DNA of 64,000 nt from the human T2T-CHM13v2.0 reference genome, Homo sapiens, in assembly GCF_009914755.1 (NCBI RefSeq), contig NC_060947.1, one strand, 5' to 3'. A program made the translations under genes and the position numbers. This document shows, piece by piece, positions 53,102 through 64,000 of this stretch (the stretch's first letter is position 1; each line of letters begins with the position of its first letter). Under the pieces are notes generated by a model. That model saw only the letters and a list, made by a program, of their open reading frames with translations, had not been told where the DNA came from and searched no databases.

Positions 53102-53934
53102 TGAACTTTTTAATATATTTATGTAAGTAACTGATGTCCTTGACATTTTTTCAAACGTTTATTGCTTCAAATTCAAGACTCAGATGAATCCATAACTGAA
53201 TACGTTTGACAACAAAAGTGCCATTGTGCGAAAGTCATTATACTGGATTGTAATACAAAGAATATCACATGCAAGAATCAATCAGTAAACCATCTACTAC
53301 TCTCTGCATTATTTATTCAACATCCTTATTGTGGGTTTTGCGGTTTTGTTTTGTTTTTATTTTTACTATATTTAAAGCACAATGCAAAGCACTGTGGAGG
53401 AAAGAAGTATAAATTGCTCCTGAAACTTTGCTTTCAAATAATTCATAATCTAGTGGGTTGTTGGGGCAGGAACAGGAGATAAGACATGTAAAATAGTAAT
53501 AATTTTATTTCATAGTAATTAGGAAGAGTTATCAGACAGTATGTTTAAAATGATGTAGAGTTTCAGGGGAGGAAAAGGTAGTTTCCACTTTGGGGCTCCT
53601 GGGAAGGCTTTCTGGAGGTAATGATGCTTAATTTATGATTTGAAAGATACTTAGAACTTGGCTGCTTCTGTGCTTGATTCTGTTCCCTTCCATTTCTTTC
53701 ACAGTCTTGTTCAATTCATTACTGCTCCTTTCTTGCATATCTACTTTATCTCTCCACTGAGGCCCCTTTTTTCTGCTTATAAATATATTCGGCTCTTCCC
53801 TTTCTACCCCTTGGGCCCACCACTTACGCTTTCTAGACATTTTTTTGTAAATTTAAAAATGATTATATATTTTATTCTTGAGATAATGTTGCAGTTATCA
53901 CATAATGCAAAGAACCACACGCAGACATGCTATT

Positions 53935-57040
<3,106 letters not shown>

Positions 57041-57491
57041 ACATAGTCCCTGACTTATGATGGTTTGACTTATGATTTTTCGATATTATGATGCTGTGAA
57101 AGTAATATGCTTACAGTAGAAATTGTGAAAGCAATATGCTTACAGTAGAAATTGTACTTTGAGTTTTGAATTTTGATCTTTTCCTGGGCTAGCAATAAGC
57201 TGTATGATATTCTCTTGTAATGCTGGGCAATAGCAGCGAGCTGCGGCTTCCAGTCTGCCACACAACATGAGGGCAAGCAACAGACACTCTACAGTGAACT
57301 GTGTTGCTAACATTTTTGGATGTTGTGTTTTTTGTTTTTGCATCCCATCATGTCTACAAAATGCCCATGCTAGTCAAAGCTATGATGTTTGATAGGTTAG
57401 GTGTATTAGATGCATTTTCAACTTACGATATTTTCAACTTACAGTGGGTTTACTGGGATGTAACACAGTTGTAAATTAAGGAACATCTGTA
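57041..57491 (-). mobile_element. MER82-like TcMar-Tigger element with an internal 29-bp tandem duplication (57096-57155)
   Basis: Ends catagtccctgacttatgatgg and gttgtaaattaaggaacatctgta; internal gttaggtgtattagatgcattttcaacttacgatattttcaac. Confidence 0.75.
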
Positions 57492-57651
57492 TTTGTTGAG
57501 GACACCTGACCTGTCCTCTAAATTTCTCATTTTTTTCCTCTTGTAATTTTTATCTCTGTATTTCTGCTCTACTTTATAGATTTTGAATTTTTATATTGAT
57601 TTTTGTCATTATTGCCATTAGATTTTAGCTCCCTAGAGCTCTTTTTTAATC

Positions 57652-57770
57652 TCCTTCCTTCCCTCCTTCCCTCCTTCCCTCCTTCCTTCCTTCCTTCCTT
57701 CCTTCCTTCCTTCCTTCCTTCCTTCCTTCCTCTCTCTCTTTCTTTCTTTCTTCTTTTTCTTTTTTTTTTT
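57652..57770. repeat. (CCTT)n / (CTTT)n Alu-tail microsatellite
   Basis: Directly visible. Confidence 0.95.
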
Positions 57771-57772
57771 GA

Positions 57773-58096
<324 letters not shown>

Positions 58097-59468
58097 TGAG
58101 TGTAGTATCATATTATACCTCTCTTGGGTTACTAATGATAAGTATTTTTTCTCAATGAATAGTATCATTTTCTTCAGACTGACTTTCCCTTTTTGTTTTC
58201 ATTTCTATCTTTCATGCTACAGGATTTCCTCAAAGGTCTGGCAATGGCTGGTTATATGTACGCATATGATGAAAAGTGTGAGAATAAAATACTAAATGAA
58301 AATACTAAATGAATGTTATGAGTGTGTAGGGAAGCTTATAGAATTGGCGCTTCACTGTTTGCTGATCTAGGTGTACTGTTTTTAGTGGACCCTCTTCTGT
58401 CAATATCTTTAGGGTTTAAGCCTTGAGATAGTAACTTTTCCCAGAGAAAACCTGGAAATTCTGATCTCCTGGCTGAAGGGTTAATGTCTGGCTGTCAGCC
58501 TTCTGGGAGGTGTCTAGGGGAAAGGAGCCAAGTGTCTTGACATGTGCCATGTAGCTGCATATATACCCAAGCCCTTAATCATGTCTGATGTTCTCCAACC
58601 TGGAGAATAAACCTCCAGATATATGCTATAGTTAGAGTGAGGGAGATGATGGATATATCTACTTCTCAAAAAGCTTTCACAAAATTCTCTTCCATTAGTC
58701 ACCCCACCACACTTAACTCACAGATTACCTGTTGCTGCCAGTTTCTGAGCTTTTTGTGGATTCTGTAGTATAAATTGGGTTGGCTCTCAGCTTTCTCCAC
58801 TGCCTGCAATAGTTTCTGGCTTCCTTTTATTGTTTCCTGCTATCTGCTCTCCTGTTCTCCCTGTCTGAAGATTGTTTAAAAAAACACTTTTTATAATTTT
58901 CCTGTGGTTTCAGAAGAAAGATTAAAGATATGTGTATTCAGTCAGCCATGTTAGCCTAGAATTCTCTATTTTCATGTTTATTTTTTCCACCTATAATAAT
59001 AAATTGTTGTGATAGAACATTTAGAGATGCAGAAAGAGCATAAAGATTAAAATAATAATCCCCTACAGTCCCATCTTTTTGACTGAACTGGTGTTGACCT
59101 TCTGTTATGTTTCCAGTCTTTTTTTCTGTGCGTGTAAATTATGATGCCACATAATGTATACATTTTTTTCCAGCTTTATTCACTTAATGTGTCGTTAAAT
59201 GTTAAGTCTCAATATTTTAGGTAATCATTGGAAATTCTCTGATGCCATTTTTAACAACCACAGGTATTCTCTTGTATTGATGATAATAATTCACCCTTAT
59301 ATAGTACTTAACTATATGTCAGATATTGTTCCAAATGCTATGCAAATACTAACATATTTAATCTTCCCATCAACACTATGAGGTAGATATTATTGTTGTT
59401 ATCCCATTTTGCAGATGAGGAAATAAGGCACAGAGTAGTATAGTAACTTGCCCATGGTCATTCAGCTA

Positions 59469-59666
<198 letters not shown>

Positions 59667-60212
59667 TCAGCTACTTGAGAGGCTGAGGCAAGACAGTCGC
59701 TTGAGCACAGGATGGGGAGGTTGCAGTGAGCTGAGACTGCGCCACTGCACTCCAGCCTGTGCGTAAGAGTGAGACCTTGTCTCAAATAAATAAATAAGAA
59801 TTCAAATTTAAGCAGTCTGGCTTGAGTGTCTATTCTCTTAATCATGATACCAGACAATGCTTCTATATTTGTGCAATCATTTATTTTTTACGCATTGTTA
59901 GAAAATTTAGGTTGTTTGTATTTTACATTAATTATAGATTATGCGTGGACAAGTGTCTTTTTGTGTCAGGTTTTGTGCACTTCAGTTTATTTGCTATTGT
60001 CCTTCTACATCCTTTCATGTTCCTGTCCCATATCTCTTCCTTTCTAATCATCTCTCTTTATTTTTATGACCCATTCCTCTTAATACTGGCAGTTTGGATC
60101 TCTCTTTTGAAAAGCATTCCTGAAAGTTGACAGATGACCTTTCTTCTTGTCAAATTCATTGCATTCATTCCTAGTCTCCTTGATCAGTCTGTAACACTTG
60201 ACAGACTATTAG

Positions 60213-60569
<357 letters not shown>

Positions 60570-60974
60570 TAGGCTTCTAGTTCTTTCACCTCTTTTTTCC
60601 TTCTCTTAACTCCCTTCTGTCATCCTCCTATCAAATGTGAACCTTCTTCCTAGTTATATCCTCACCTGTGGGTTCTTCTTTCCTTCCTCTCCCTCTCTTT
60701 CTCCTTCTCTTCCTCCACCTTCTTCCTCTCTCCTCTTCCTCTTTTTCTTGATTTCTGCATTCTCTCTCCTTGAGTGATGGCATCCATTTTCATAATCAGT
60801 TTCAAGTACTATGTCTTTATAACTGAATTTATTTATTTCTATTTGTCAAACAAGTTCTCTCACATGAAGTTCTTGTTTTTGTTTATATTATCACCACTGT
60901 TTTGGTCACGTAGGCTAAAAACCGTATTCATTCTTAGTTTTACCCTTACTCTTTATTCTTCTAAAACATTTATA

Positions 60975-62195
60975 TATCATTCACATACCATAAAATTCAC
61001 CCTTGAAAAGCCTACAATTCACTGGTTTTCAGTATAGTCACAAAGTTATGAAACTGTCACCAGTATCCTAATTCCAGAACATTTCATGACCCTCAAAAGA
61101 AACCCTGTTCATGAGAACACATGGACACAGGAAAAGGAACAACACACACTTGGGCCTGTTGGGGGATGGGGTTGGGGGAGGGAGAGCATTAGGAAAAATA
61201 GCTAATGCATGCTGGGTTTAATACCTAGGTGATGGGCTGATAGGTGCATCAAACCACCATGGCACATGTTTACTTATGTAACAAACCTGCACATATACCC
61301 TGGAACTTTAAATAAAAATAAAAAAAGAAACCCTGTTCTTATTAGCAGACACTCCCCGTTTTCCCATCCCCTTGGCTGTGAATTTACTAATCTATTTTCT
61401 ATCTCTATGGACTTGCCTATTCTGGGCACTTAATATAAATGAATCATGAAGCATGTGATATTTTGTGTCTGACTTCTTTCACTTAGGTAATGTTTTCAAA
61501 GTTCATTCATATTGTAGCATGTATCAGTACTTCATTCCTTTTTATGATTGAATAATATTCCTTTGTTTGGATGTACCACCTTTTGTTTGATGGACATCTG
61601 GGCTATTTTTACCTTTTGGATATTTTGAATTATACTGCTATAAACATTTTTTTTTTTGAGACGGAATCTCGCTCTGTTGCCTAGGCTGGAGTGCTGTGGT
61701 GCAACCTCTGCCTCCTGGGTTCAAGTGATTCTCCTGCCTCAGCCTCCTGAATAGCTGGGACTATAGGCACATGCCATCATGTCTGGCTAATTTTTGTATT
61801 TTTAGTAGAGACAGGGTTCACTGTGTTGGCCAGGCTGGTCTCAAACTCCTGACCTTGTGATCTGCCCACCTTGTCCTCTCAAAGTGCTGGTGTTACAGGA
61901 GTGAGCCACCGCGCCCAGCCTATAAACATTTTTGTACAATGTTTTGAGTGAATATATGCTTTCAGTTCTACTGTATGTATACCTATGAGTGAAATCACTG
62001 GGTCATATGGTAGCTTTATGTTTATTATTTTGAGAAACTGTCAGCCTGTTTTCAAACCTGGCTGCACCATTTACATCCCTATCAGTAATGTATTAGGGTT
62101 CCAGTTTCTTCGTACCCTCACCAACACTTGTTACTATCCTTTCTTTTATTTCTTTCTTTTTTTTATTATAGCCACCTAGTGGGTGTGAAGTGTTA
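60975..62195 (-). mobile_element. L1MB-like 3' end hosting nested L1PA and Alu insertions
   Basis: cacataccataaaattcaccc..ccagaacatttcat..tatcagtacttcattcctttttatg..ctgggtcatatggtagc. Confidence 0.85.
61111..61326 (+). mobile_element. 5'-truncated older L1PA 3' end
   Basis: gagaacacatggacacagg..gtaacaaacctgcac..poly(A); perfect 16-bp TSD AAAAGAAACCCTGTTC (61095-110 / 61323-38). Confidence 0.92.
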
Positions 62196-62199
62196 TTTT

Positions 62200-63750
<1,551 letters not shown>

Positions 63751-63884
63751 AAATATATGATGCAATTTTATTACCATTTTTTCTATATAAGTGACACAAA
63801 ATTTAGACCGATAAAAACAATTTCTTCCATGAAATTTCAACAGCTGAGCTGTGTTGGGAAGAGCTAAACTGCTTGATGTCGGAG

Positions 63885-64000
63885 TTTTTTTTTTTTAATT
63901 ATTTAAGTTCTAGGGTACATGTGCACAACGTGCAGATTTGTTACATATGTATACATGTGCCATGTTGGTGTGCTGCACCCATTAACTCGTCATTTACATT
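63885..64000 (-). mobile_element. Young primate L1PA 3' end (continues beyond the window)
   Basis: T12 then taagttctagggtacatgtgcacaacgtgcag..gtgctgcacccattaactcgtcatttacatt, the reverse complement of the L1PA 3'UTR. Confidence 0.95.

Overview
Primate genomic DNA, almost certainly human because it carries AluYb8 and AluYa5 copies. It is very repeat-rich: roughly 75-80 Alu copies or fragments by eye, plus old L1M, MIR/L2, MLT1 and DNA-transposon remnants. I find no intact protein-coding gene, and most ORF-track entries are Alu, LTR or microsatellite read-throughs. The window lies inside a dead, intron-containing + strand gene of the TM9SF (nonaspanin) family. Six exons paralogous to TM9SF2 can be read by hand (874-986, 45619-45698, 47864-47969, 48672-48804, 49819-49938, 50145-50202). 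They carry premature stops, frameshifts and three mutated splice sites, and three expected exons appear to be missing. From memory this is the X-linked unitary pseudogene TM9SF5P (not verified). Its introns hold a sense-oriented solo LTR12C followed by a consensus splice donor, and an antisense LTR2B/Harlequin-type provirus with scrambled gag/pol order and G>A hypermutation. They also hold a full-length RPL22 retrocopy, an inverted AluYb8/AluYa5 pair, and an SRRM1 retrocopy apparently hit by an L1PA with a 3' transduction. Family and locus names are from recall of consensus sequences, not from database searches.
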